Positions 1 to 8,673 of a DNA stretch of 64,000 bases are shown piece by piece. The notes under the pieces are model-generated. The model saw nothing but the letters and a program-made list of their open reading frames with translations, was not told the DNA's origin and did no database searches. The stretch comes from Bacteroidota bacterium. GTDB taxonomy: Bacteria; Bacteroidota; Bacteroidia; Bacteroidales; JAIFNL01. A program made the translations under genes and the position numbers. The stretch is taken from assembly GCA_020047755.1 (NCBI GenBank), contig JAIFNL010000049.1:1726-65725 (forward strand), in the 5' to 3' direction. The number at the start of each line of letters is the position of its first letter. The stretch's first letter is position 1.

Positions 1-210
1 AGCGTCGGTCGAAGTAAGTCCGCCACCAAAATCCCATAAATAACTAATAGCATCTTGCGATGTGCTAGTAAACTGAATTTCTTCATATTGCACAACATTT
101 TCTGGCTCTACACTAAAACTAGCAACTGGTTCTTTTTCACAACTGCTAAAAAAAGTAACAGAAAATAAAGCGGCAATAATAAAATTAAGAATTTGATAAT
201 TTTTTGTCAT
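1..210 (-). CDS. Lipoprotein with PKD-like domain, N-terminal part only (gene continues past the window start)
   Basis: Not in the ORF track because it runs off the edge. The reverse complement starts at ATG (208-210) and reads MTKNYQILNFIIAALFSVTFFSSCEKEPVASFSVEPENVVQYEEIQFTSTSQDAISYLWDFGGGLTSTDA. This gives a hydrophobic signal with a lipobox-like FSSC, then an F.S.S....Y.WDFG.G pattern typical of PKD domains. No stop codon through position 1. Confidence 0.6.
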   Translation of the reverse strand, partial: MTKNYQILNFIIAALFSVTFFSSCEKEPVASFSVEPENVVQYEEIQFTSTSQDAISYLWDFGGGLTSTDA

Positions 211-426
211 AATCATTAAGTTTTTTATAAATAAGTATTGTTTCGTAATTTTTTACTTTAAGATTAAGTATAAAGCACAATATTAAAAAATCCTTTTTAA
301 ATATAAAAACTCAAATCGAAAAAATATATATATTTATACAAGCAAAAATGAAATAAAAGAGAACACCAAAATTTAGTTAGTTAATAATAAAACACTTACA
401 AAAAAAATAATTAAGTTTTTAAATAC

Positions 427-3400
427 TTAAATTTTCACTCCCATCACCAAAACATCGTCAATTTGCTCTAAATCACGCTTCCATTTTATATACGCTCTGT
501 CGAGAATATCTTTTTGCTCTTGCATGGTTTTGTCTTGAATAGTCATTAACAGCTCTTTAAATTGCTTTGCTTTGAATTTATCACCCGTTTCGCCACCAAA
601 TTGATCGGCAAAACCATCTGAAAACGAATACAATGAATCTCCTTTTTGAACCTTAAATTTTTGCGTAGAAAAAGGCGATTCTTTAATATAAATTCCAATA
701 GGTTGCCTGTCTGCCTTTAATTGAATAAATTCGTACGAGCTTTCCCCTTCTATTTCAGTGGGGCGAACAATATACAAAGGATTATAAGCTCCTGAAAAAC
801 AGATTTCTAAATTATCAAAATCGATAATTGTGAGCGAAATATCCATTCCATCTTTTTGCTCGCCTGTTTTTCCTTCTTGGCGAAGCGATATTTTTACTTT
901 GCTTCGGAGCTCATCAAGAATTGCACCTGCATTTGTTACCGTTTTTGAATTTACAATTTCATTCAAAAAAGCATTGCCCAATAAACTCATAAATGCGCCA
1001 GGAACCCCATGCCCTGTACAGTCTGCTGCAACTGTAACCACATAATTTTCAACCTTTTTAACCCAATAAAAATCACCACTTACAATATCGCGAGGTTTGA
1101 ATAAAATAAAATGCTCAAACAAAACACTATTTACATACTCCGATGATGGCAAAACTGCTTCCTGTATTTTTTGTGCATAACTAATACTATCTAATATATG
1201 CTTTCGGTGCTTATAAGCTATATCTCGTTGTTCTTCAATATGTTTCTTACTTTCTGTAATTTCTTGGGTTCGCTCCTTAACAATCTCCTCCAAAGCTTCT
1301 TTTTCAGCCTCAGCAGCACGCATTCGCCATCTAAATAACACCCTTACTACCAACACAATAGCCAAAATATAAAGAAGCAAAGCCCACCAACGCCTATAAA
1401 TAGGAGTCAAAATATAAAAATCTAGGCTTGCTTTTTGAGCCTTAATTCCAAATTCATTTTTAGCTTCAACTACAAAAACATAGTTACCATCAGGCAAGTT
1501 GGTATAATCTTTAAGCGTGGAGGTTGTCCAAGCTGAAGTATCTTTATCAAAACCTTTCAAAAAATAACGATAAAAAACTTGCCCTTTAGCTGGGAAAACA
1601 GGTGCTGAAAATTCAAACCGAAGCGAATTATTCTCAAAATTTAACTCTATAACCTCATTCGCAATGTTTGAAATCTGAAACATAGAATCAGATTGGATAC
1701 TCGACACTCTAGCTAGTTTTGTTTTAAAGTCAGCTCCGTAATTAAATGGTAATAAATTATTTACAAGCAAAATTCCATCTTTTCCTCCCAACCAAATTTT
1801 ATTCGCTTTTTTGTCGTTGAAAACACACTCCACCTGAAAATCAGTAATTGGCTTAAAAACAGTAACATAAACTGTTTTATTTTTATTTCGTATGGTCTTC
1901 TCTTTTGTGAAAATAAATGGGTTTCGTTGGTCGCCATCGGTCATTAAATACTCATCATCAGATAGTTTGAACAATGTATGCAGCCAAATTTTGGACGAAC
2001 TAGTGTCCGAATTTTGCAAATTGAACTTTACAAGCTGTTTTTTAGTCAAATCAATTGAAAATAAACCTTTTTCGGAAGAGAAAAAAATATCGTTTTGGTG
2101 CCTATTCAAATTTAAACTTATTAAGCCTTTGGGGGTTGATATTTCGGTAATAAATTTATTTTCAATATCATACATATACACATTACTAGGAATTGCTTCA
2201 ATATACAAATACCCGTTTTGTTCTATCATTTTGCGAATATCGCCATTGAAATTAGTAAGCGTTTTTTCTAGTTTTATTACTGATTTGTTGATATTTAGAA
2301 TACTAATTTCTTTTGAATGTCCTGCATAAACTATGTTTGAATTTTCAGTAGATTGTAACAAATTAAACGTAAATTTATCAATAACAGTTTTCGACAAATT
2401 CAATTTATCGTTCATAACAAAAACACCGTTCGATGTTGCTATTAATAATTGATTATCAACAACTAAAATATCCAAACAAGCATGATTCAAATCTTTAATT
2501 TTCAAAAATTTGTCATAGTTCAAATAGAATAACCCTTTATTAGTGGCAACAAATATATTTTTATTAAATTCAAGAATATCAAGCACCTTGCCTTCTAAAC
2601 CAGAATTTGTATTATTGATATACGAAATGGGAAAACTTAGTTCTACCTTTGATATTCCATTACTTGTGGCAAGCCAAACGGCAGATTTTTTATCTAAAAA
2701 TACCTTATTAATTGATTCGCTTTGTAAATCAGATGATTTGTCAATAACCTGAATTATTTCTCCTTTTCTATTCGACAAAACTAAACCTCCACTATTGGTT
2801 GCAATAGCAAATAAATTAGCTCCGAGCGGAACAATACTCGAAATGCCATGTTCACCCAAATACTCATTCAGCACAACTGGCATTCGCCAAATAGCGTCTT
2901 TTTTCAAAGTATAAAACCCTTGTTTAGAGGTAATTATAGCAACAGAAGTATCTTCTTTGAACTCTATCATTGCTTTAATATCAAGCAGCTCTTCTTCAAA
3001 GTTATTTGGTATTTTGAGGAAACGAGAATCTTGATAAAAAGTTAATTCTCTTTGCTTTGTATCTTGGGTCGAGGGTTCGAAAAACACATAAAGCCTTTGA
3101 GCTACACTAAATGCTGATTGCGCTTTTCCTTGCAATTTAATTGTTTTAACTTTCTTGTTTTCATACACATACATTTGTTTTTCGGCAACAAAATAAGTTT
3201 TTGATGCAATACAAACAACACTAACCACTTTTCCTATTTCTGTGGTTTTCACTGAATCAGCCAAAGAAATAAAGTGAGTTTGACCTAGTTCGTCATATTC
3301 CAAAAAGCCAAAATCAGACAATCCTCCTGCAAAAATTTGCCCTTTTGCATTCATTGCAACCGACAAAACGCGCATTCCGCTTTTCATCGGAATTTTATTC

Positions 3401-3624
3401 CATTTAGTACCATTAAATTCTAAAATACCCGAAAAGTTTGCAAAATACAGCCTTCCATCCAAAGCCTGCAAGCCATCAAAATTTTGCTCGTGTGCATTGT
3501 ACCTACTGGCAGTATAGTTAACCACAAATGGATTGCCATGATTGCGCGTAAAGTTCTGGCTTTTAAGCTGCAAACTTAAAACTATGAAAAAAATCACGAT
3601 AATTTTTAGCCTATTGCTATTCAT
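427..3624 (-). CDS. Sensor phosphatase: extracytoplasmic beta-propeller/Y_Y_Y-type region, one TM helix, coiled coil, C-terminal PP2C/SpoIIE-family Ser phosphatase
   Basis: 1065-aa ORF. Signal peptide (IIVIFFIVLSLQLKSQ). About 700 aa of repetitive propeller-like sequence, then a Y_Y_Y-like module (FRYFLKGFDKDTSAW...LPDGNYVFVVEAKN). TM helix RRWWALLLYILAIVLVVRVLF, then an EAEKEALEEI coiled coil. SpoIIE/PP2C motifs present: SGDFYW, DCTGHGVPGAFMS, KDGMD, SDGFADQFGG. Confidence 0.85.
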   Translation of the reverse strand: MNSNRLKIIVIFFIVLSLQLKSQNFTRNHGNPFVVNYTASRYNAHEQNFDGLQALDGRLYFANFSGILEFNGTKWNKIPMKSGMRVLSVAMNAKGQIFAGGLSDFGFLEYDELGQTHFISLADSVKTTEIGKVVSVVCIASKTYFVAEKQMYVYENKKVKTIKLQGKAQSAFSVAQRLYVFFEPSTQDTKQRELTFYQDSRFLKIPNNFEEELLDIKAMIEFKEDTSVAIITSKQGFYTLKKDAIWRMPVVLNEYLGEHGISSIVPLGANLFAIATNSGGLVLSNRKGEIIQVIDKSSDLQSESINKVFLDKKSAVWLATSNGISKVELSFPISYINNTNSGLEGKVLDILEFNKNIFVATNKGLFYLNYDKFLKIKDLNHACLDILVVDNQLLIATSNGVFVMNDKLNLSKTVIDKFTFNLLQSTENSNIVYAGHSKEISILNINKSVIKLEKTLTNFNGDIRKMIEQNGYLYIEAIPSNVYMYDIENKFITEISTPKGLISLNLNRHQNDIFFSSEKGLFSIDLTKKQLVKFNLQNSDTSSSKIWLHTLFKLSDDEYLMTDGDQRNPFIFTKEKTIRNKNKTVYVTVFKPITDFQVECVFNDKKANKIWLGGKDGILLVNNLLPFNYGADFKTKLARVSSIQSDSMFQISNIANEVIELNFENNSLRFEFSAPVFPAKGQVFYRYFLKGFDKDTSAWTTSTLKDYTNLPDGNYVFVVEAKNEFGIKAQKASLDFYILTPIYRRWWALLLYILAIVLVVRVLFRWRMRAAEAEKEALEEIVKERTQEITESKKHIEEQRDIAYKHRKHILDSISYAQKIQEAVLPSSEYVNSVLFEHFILFKPRDIVSGDFYWVKKVENYVVTVAADCTGHGVPGAFMSLLGNAFLNEIVNSKTVTNAGAILDELRSKVKISLRQEGKTGEQKDGMDISLTIIDFDNLEICFSGAYNPLYIVRPTEIEGESSYEFIQLKADRQPIGIYIKESPFSTQKFKVQKGDSLYSFSDGFADQFGGETGDKFKAKQFKELLMTIQDKTMQEQKDILDRAYIKWKRDLEQIDDVLVMGVKI

Positions 3625-3656
3625 ATTTTATCTAATTTTACTAAAAAATTTCAAAC

Positions 3657-6647
3657 CTAATTCCACCAAACGTCTTGGGCGTATTTTTGAATAAACTCTT
3701 TGTCCTCGAGCAAAAGATTATTGAGCAAATAAATTTCGGCTGTATATAAAGTACAAGACGATTGTGCTTCAAAAATCAATTCGCGTAGGTTGTCTTTTGT
3801 GTTGTAAATGCACAAAATACTTCCTGCTTCTACATAATTATTTTGCTCATTATCAAGCAACAAACCCGATAAATGTATATAAAAAACATTTGCATTACTT
3901 GCATGAATAGAAATTTTTTGCTTTGCCTGCAACTTTACCAAACTAGCAGCAAATGCCAATTTTTCGAGTTTAAAATATGATATACTTTTAAACATTTCCA
4001 ACTGTTTAAAAAAATTCAATTTATGAAAAATTAAACTTTTTTCATTGGAAATAAACTCCGATTTTTTTGGCAAATCAAACAACATTGGGTATTTTGGCTT
4101 ATTAATAGCCAACAAATTATCAAACATTTGCTCATCTATATTCAGTAAATTTTGGGCAGCAATTTGCCGAATCATCAAATTTGGATTTACCAAATTAGCT
4201 TTACAAACAATTACCACATCTTCTGACGAAAACGTTGATAAATAATGCAATGCAGCCGCCTTTGTGTAATCACTTGTTTTAGAAAACGGCGAATTTACAA
4301 TATTAATTAACCGCTGTTCGTGATTCAATTTTGGATAAGCAAAAATAAATTTGTAGCTTTTAAGCAATTCGGAATTGGAAAGCTGATTAAAAATGGGCAA
4401 AAGCAATTCTTTGTGCATCTCATCTATCGCCATATCAGCAATTTCGAGAGCAAAACCTCTTGAATCAATATCATTGCTTTCAATATTTTTTCGAATCAAA
4501 TCAATAGCTGCTGCTTCATAAATTATCGACAAAAGTGAAAAAATTTTGCCGTGTTTCATTTCCAATTCCAAATTCAAAGCTTTTATAATAAATTGATTTT
4601 CATCTATTTCCTCTAAATCGTGCAAGCAAGCCACTAAATACACAAAGTTGTCTATCTCGTCTTCCAATTTGTTTGAAAAAAACAAACGTTCTTGCTTAGT
4701 TGCTTGATAATTAAGCTTATCTAAAGCCAGCACAACACTATCACTTACCAGTCTATTGGGGTGATTTACATTATTTTTGAGAAATTTAATAGCATCATCG
4801 TCGCCAATCTCTTCAAATACCGAAATAATTTTTACTTGCAACTCCACATCATATTCTAAGCGTGCAAACAGCATATTCATGTATGGAATTAACTGATTTC
4901 CAACATTTACCATAGCCGAAGCTGCAGTATCGCTGTATTCTGGAATGGTAAAATTATTAATCAAAAACTGAAAAAGTTCTTTGTCCTTTATTTTTCCGGC
5001 AGTAATTATTGCTTCGGTGCGAACTCTAAAATTATCATCGTTCAAAAGTCTTTTCAATAAGCGCTCAACTCTATAAACCTGATAATTAGCCAATTCAGCT
5101 GCTGCAACTCGCCGTTCGGTAGGATTTTCTGATTTTGAATAATTTGTTAACTCTTTGAATTTATAATTTTGCAAAGAGATGGCAAAGTGATTTATATTTT
5201 TCTCCTCTATCAACCTATAAGTTCTAAAAGGCAAAATAATTCGTGCCAGCTTAATTATCGATAATTGGCTTTCGTTCTGAGCTTTCAAAATATAATCTTC
5301 CAAAATGGTAAAAATAATATCAGCTCTTGATTTGAATTTAACGGCATCTGTTTTTTTCAATACAGATTGCAAAATATTTTTATACTCGGTATGAATATCC
5401 AACGCTGATTTTAACCATAAAACGATAACCACAAGCAAGAAAAGGGCAAAATGAACCAAATTTATTCCGGGGATATTTACAAAAATTAATAATAAAATTC
5501 CGGCAAAAATACTGGCGTACGCTTTGGGTCCGCTTTCTACCTTATTCTGAAAAAGCGTTCGCTCATCAATGGGCAAGGGCTGATAAAGAATTTGAGATGC
5601 CGGATCATTGAATGCAGTACGAACGGCGCGCGTAAATAAACGCCCTAAAGTTACAAATGAAAAAAACAGCGTAATCGTTCCATAAAAAATACCAACAACA
5701 GAAGCCAAGAAAAAGCTAAAAGCTAAAACAGCTGGAAAAGCAAGCAAGCCCAGTTTCATACCATATTTGCTCATCATTCGACCTGAAACAAAGGCTTTTA
5801 ACACAAATTCGACAATAGAACTTACACCAAAAAATACACCCACAAAAGCGGTCAAAGCCTCTTTGTCGGGAAATTCAATTTTAAGCTGCGCTTGAAAAAT
5901 AAAATCGACAAAAAATTGCGCAAAAATTGGAACAAATGCAATCACAAAAAATAATCGGTAATATTTATTGTCTAAAAAAGATATTTTTTTTACAGGAGTT
6001 TCGTTATTTTGTTTGACATTTGATTTTATTGCCAATAATTTTTGGCTATTTTGCTTGAGAATAAGCATAATAAGAAAAAACGAAACAAGTAGAGAAATTC
6101 CTGAAATTATAAGCAAATCGTTATTTGTTAAAAAATTGACTAGCAATGGTATAGAAAAAAAACTAACGATACTCGCCAAAACTTCTCCGCCAGTGATTAA
6201 GCCAAAAAGACGTTTTGCTTGTTGCAAAGCAAACAACCTGCCGAGCATTCCCCAAAATGTAACCGCGTGCAAATACGCAAATACTCGTATCCAAGCATAT
6301 AAAATGAAAATAATTATTACAGAAGCAGTTGCAATATAAAAGCTCAACAAAATACCAATTGAAATCAACAAAAATATTAAGCCAAGTTTAATGGTAGTAG
6401 AATACGACTGTTTTTTTTGTATTTTAGAATATACTTGACCTATAATCCAAACAAAAACGCCCGATGCAATAAAAACAACGGAAAGCATATCGCGTGAAAA
6501 GTTTGTCAGAAAAAGCGAAGTGGTACTGGTTACAAAAAACGCCATTGATGCCCCCGAAAAAAAGGAGTACAAAAAAGGCAACAACACCAATTTGCCTTCG
6601 CCTTGTTGCAAATTTAAAATTCTTGTTATAAAATCGCTATTCCTCAA
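3657..6647 (-). CDS. Multi-TM NTT/TLC-like (Npt1/Npt2-type) transporter fused to HEAT repeats and a degenerate cNMP-binding-like C-terminal domain
   Basis: 996-aa ORF. The first ~440 aa carry about 12 hydrophobic helices. The segment TFWGMLGRLFALQQAKRLFGLITGGEVLA resembles the FW...AKRFY.LfG.G.N signature of nucleotide transporter (TLC) proteins. The middle has HEAT/PBS-lyase-like repeats (ENPTERRVAAAELA, NDDNFRVRTEAIITAGKIKD). The last ~130 aa look like a cNMP-binding beta-barrel (FFKQLEMFKSISYFKLEKLA...VFYIHLSGLLL) but lack a clear phosphate-binding cassette. Confidence 0.55.
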   Translation of the reverse strand: MRNSDFITRILNLQQGEGKLVLLPFLYSFFSGASMAFFVTSTTSLFLTNFSRDMLSVVFIASGVFVWIIGQVYSKIQKKQSYSTTIKLGLIFLLISIGILLSFYIATASVIIIFILYAWIRVFAYLHAVTFWGMLGRLFALQQAKRLFGLITGGEVLASIVSFFSIPLLVNFLTNNDLLIISGISLLVSFFLIMLILKQNSQKLLAIKSNVKQNNETPVKKISFLDNKYYRLFFVIAFVPIFAQFFVDFIFQAQLKIEFPDKEALTAFVGVFFGVSSIVEFVLKAFVSGRMMSKYGMKLGLLAFPAVLAFSFFLASVVGIFYGTITLFFSFVTLGRLFTRAVRTAFNDPASQILYQPLPIDERTLFQNKVESGPKAYASIFAGILLLIFVNIPGINLVHFALFLLVVIVLWLKSALDIHTEYKNILQSVLKKTDAVKFKSRADIIFTILEDYILKAQNESQLSIIKLARIILPFRTYRLIEEKNINHFAISLQNYKFKELTNYSKSENPTERRVAAAELANYQVYRVERLLKRLLNDDNFRVRTEAIITAGKIKDKELFQFLINNFTIPEYSDTAASAMVNVGNQLIPYMNMLFARLEYDVELQVKIISVFEEIGDDDAIKFLKNNVNHPNRLVSDSVVLALDKLNYQATKQERLFFSNKLEDEIDNFVYLVACLHDLEEIDENQFIIKALNLELEMKHGKIFSLLSIIYEAAAIDLIRKNIESNDIDSRGFALEIADMAIDEMHKELLLPIFNQLSNSELLKSYKFIFAYPKLNHEQRLINIVNSPFSKTSDYTKAAALHYLSTFSSEDVVIVCKANLVNPNLMIRQIAAQNLLNIDEQMFDNLLAINKPKYPMLFDLPKKSEFISNEKSLIFHKLNFFKQLEMFKSISYFKLEKLAFAASLVKLQAKQKISIHASNANVFYIHLSGLLLDNEQNNYVEAGSILCIYNTKDNLRELIFEAQSSCTLYTAEIYLLNNLLLEDKEFIQKYAQDVWWN

Positions 6648-6701
6648 TTTGTCAAATAATTATATCATTTTTTCTTGTTTCACTGTCTATATCAAAAAGA
6701 A

Positions 6702-7358
6702 CTATTCCTCAGAAACCGATTCCTCTTGGTTCAATTTAATTTTATAACCTAAACGAACATAAAGCATATTTGTTTGAGTATGAAATATATCCTTAGTCAG
6801 AGCAAGATGTAAATTGAATGCTTTCCAAAATTCATAATCTACCGAAGGACCTATGAACCAACTGCCAGTATTAAATGCTTTCCCTGTTTTAAAATTTCCG
6901 TATCCCAAAATACCTACCAATAAATTTTCGCCAACCGCCGTGCGAGGATATTGAACCAAGTAATAATGGTCGGCTGATTCATCATTTAAGCCCCAAAAAT
7001 AGCGTTGTTGCAAGTTAATCAACAATTTTTTATCAAAAAGAGTGAAATTGAAATCAAAACGGTAGCCTGTCCAATTTTTCCCAGCTTCGTCAAATTTTGA
7101 GTACGAAAACAGCTTAAAGTGCTTATTAGTAACACCTAGCATCAAATCCATTCGTGCAACCCTACCCGATGGAACATAAATTTCGGGCAAATAAATTACA
7201 TCAATAGGTCGCCATCGAAATTCAAAAGGCGTTTTATCAATATTTAAACGCAACTCTGGTGAAATTTTCACCCATAATTCTTGCTCTGTTTGAGCAAAAA
7301 TGCTTGCATAAAAAATAAAATTGAAAGCAAAAAATACTATTAATTTAATTTTTTTCAT
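6702..7358 (-). CDS. Small outer-membrane beta-barrel protein, function unknown
   Basis: 218-aa ORF with a signal peptide (MKKIKLIVFFAFNFIFYASIFAQ). Alternating aromatic/polar beta-strand-like pattern, ending in a YKIKL strand before a short acidic tail. Starts 13 nt after the upstream gene stops. Confidence 0.5.
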   Translation of the reverse strand: MKKIKLIVFFAFNFIFYASIFAQTEQELWVKISPELRLNIDKTPFEFRWRPIDVIYLPEIYVPSGRVARMDLMLGVTNKHFKLFSYSKFDEAGKNWTGYRFDFNFTLFDKKLLINLQQRYFWGLNDESADHYYLVQYPRTAVGENLLVGILGYGNFKTGKAFNTGSWFIGPSVDYEFWKAFNLHLALTKDIFHTQTNMLYVRLGYKIKLNQEESVSEE

Positions 7359-7371
7359 AATATTATCATAA

Positions 7372-8592
7372 TTAAATATTAACTATCTGAGTAAATATCT
7401 CTCGCAATTCATTTTCGGGAAAAATAGAACGCTCAATACGATATGCTTTTTCTTTTACCATTTTCATTACTTCAGCTATTTGATTATCAGATAATTGAAA
7501 TCCCATTTCGCTACTTACTTCCTTAATAACTCTCGCACTAGCCAACTGCGTAACATATACTTTTTTGGGTATTCCCAAAACTTCTAAAGGGTCAAATGGC
7601 TGAAAACTACGAGTATCCACAAATGGAGTTCCCGTTGAAATAGTATTCATTCCAGTTCCTACAATAGGATCGGTTACTTTAAGAGGAATACCTGTTAATT
7701 GGCTTATTTTCAAAGCTATTTCGGGCAAAAGTTTCAAATTGGGCGGCGACAAAAATAGCCTTTCGCCATCAATGCCCAAACGTTTTTTTAGCATTTTGGG
7801 TTCATGCGCCAATAAAAGCGTAAGTACCTCAGTTCTAAGCAATCCATTGCGCTCGGCTAAGCCCAACCACGAGGTAGAAGGCAAATAAATACCTTGCCGA
7901 ATGGCTTCTAAATTATTAGCCAAAGCAAAGCACAAATCGTTGTGAAAATGCACTGAATAACGCACATTGGGGTCTGAATTTTGTTTTACAACACGCAGAA
8001 ATTCAGCCGTTTCATAAGGATAAATCTTTCCTTGCGTATCGCCCATTCCTACCGTAGCAATGCCCAAAGCATGAAGCTCCGAAGCAAGCTCGCCAAGCAA
8101 AGCCGGATTTCCATCAAAAGCTGCAGCAAGCTGAACATCTACGGGCATTCCAGCCGCTTTGTCGAGGGCAAATTTAGCCATCGAAAGTGTCGCTTCCTTG
8201 GTTTGTTCCAAATTTTTGTGCAACATAATATTGCACAAACGCTCCGAAAATGGTGAAACAAATGCAACTCGCCCATATTTAGCTTTTTGCAATGAGTCAA
8301 TACTTTCTGAAATTTCGGTTTTTGAGCTTCTACAATTTACCGCCAAATAACAATTATCTACACCGTCAGCTAATTCCTTGATAACATCAACTTCTTCTTT
8401 ACCAATAGAATAAAAGCCTGCTGCAAAAACCAAATGGTCGGGTCCATGCTCATTAAAAACCTGTCCATGCGCTTTAGCAATTTCGATACGTTGTTTTCCA
8501 CTCAAAATTGTTTTGGCTTGCGCTCCATCTCTTGCAACTTCTTCCCAAAATACAATTCTTTTATTATCAAGTGATTGTGCTATTCTATCCAT
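7372..8592 (-). CDS. HMGL-like (pyruvate carboxyltransferase fold) enzyme of the homocitrate/citramalate/2-isopropylmalate synthase family
   Basis: 406-aa ORF. N-terminal EEVARDGAQA matches the DTTLRDGEQ-type motif. The metal-binding H.H motif is present in VHFHNDLCFALANNLEAIRQG. The size fits a catalytic TIM barrel plus a short C-terminal subdomain with no LeuA regulatory domain. The substrate cannot be assigned from sequence alone. Confidence 0.7.
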   Translation of the reverse strand: MDRIAQSLDNKRIVFWEEVARDGAQAKTILSGKQRIEIAKAHGQVFNEHGPDHLVFAAGFYSIGKEEVDVIKELADGVDNCYLAVNCRSSKTEISESIDSLQKAKYGRVAFVSPFSERLCNIMLHKNLEQTKEATLSMAKFALDKAAGMPVDVQLAAAFDGNPALLGELASELHALGIATVGMGDTQGKIYPYETAEFLRVVKQNSDPNVRYSVHFHNDLCFALANNLEAIRQGIYLPSTSWLGLAERNGLLRTEVLTLLLAHEPKMLKKRLGIDGERLFLSPPNLKLLPEIALKISQLTGIPLKVTDPIVGTGMNTISTGTPFVDTRSFQPFDPLEVLGIPKKVYVTQLASARVIKEVSSEMGFQLSDNQIAEVMKMVKEKAYRIERSIFPENELREIFTQIVNI

Positions 8593-8673
8593 CTTATATT
8601 CTATTCTTTTTTAAAATTTCAAATTAACTCATTATTTTGTTACGCAATTAAAACGTGAATACTTTCTATTTTT

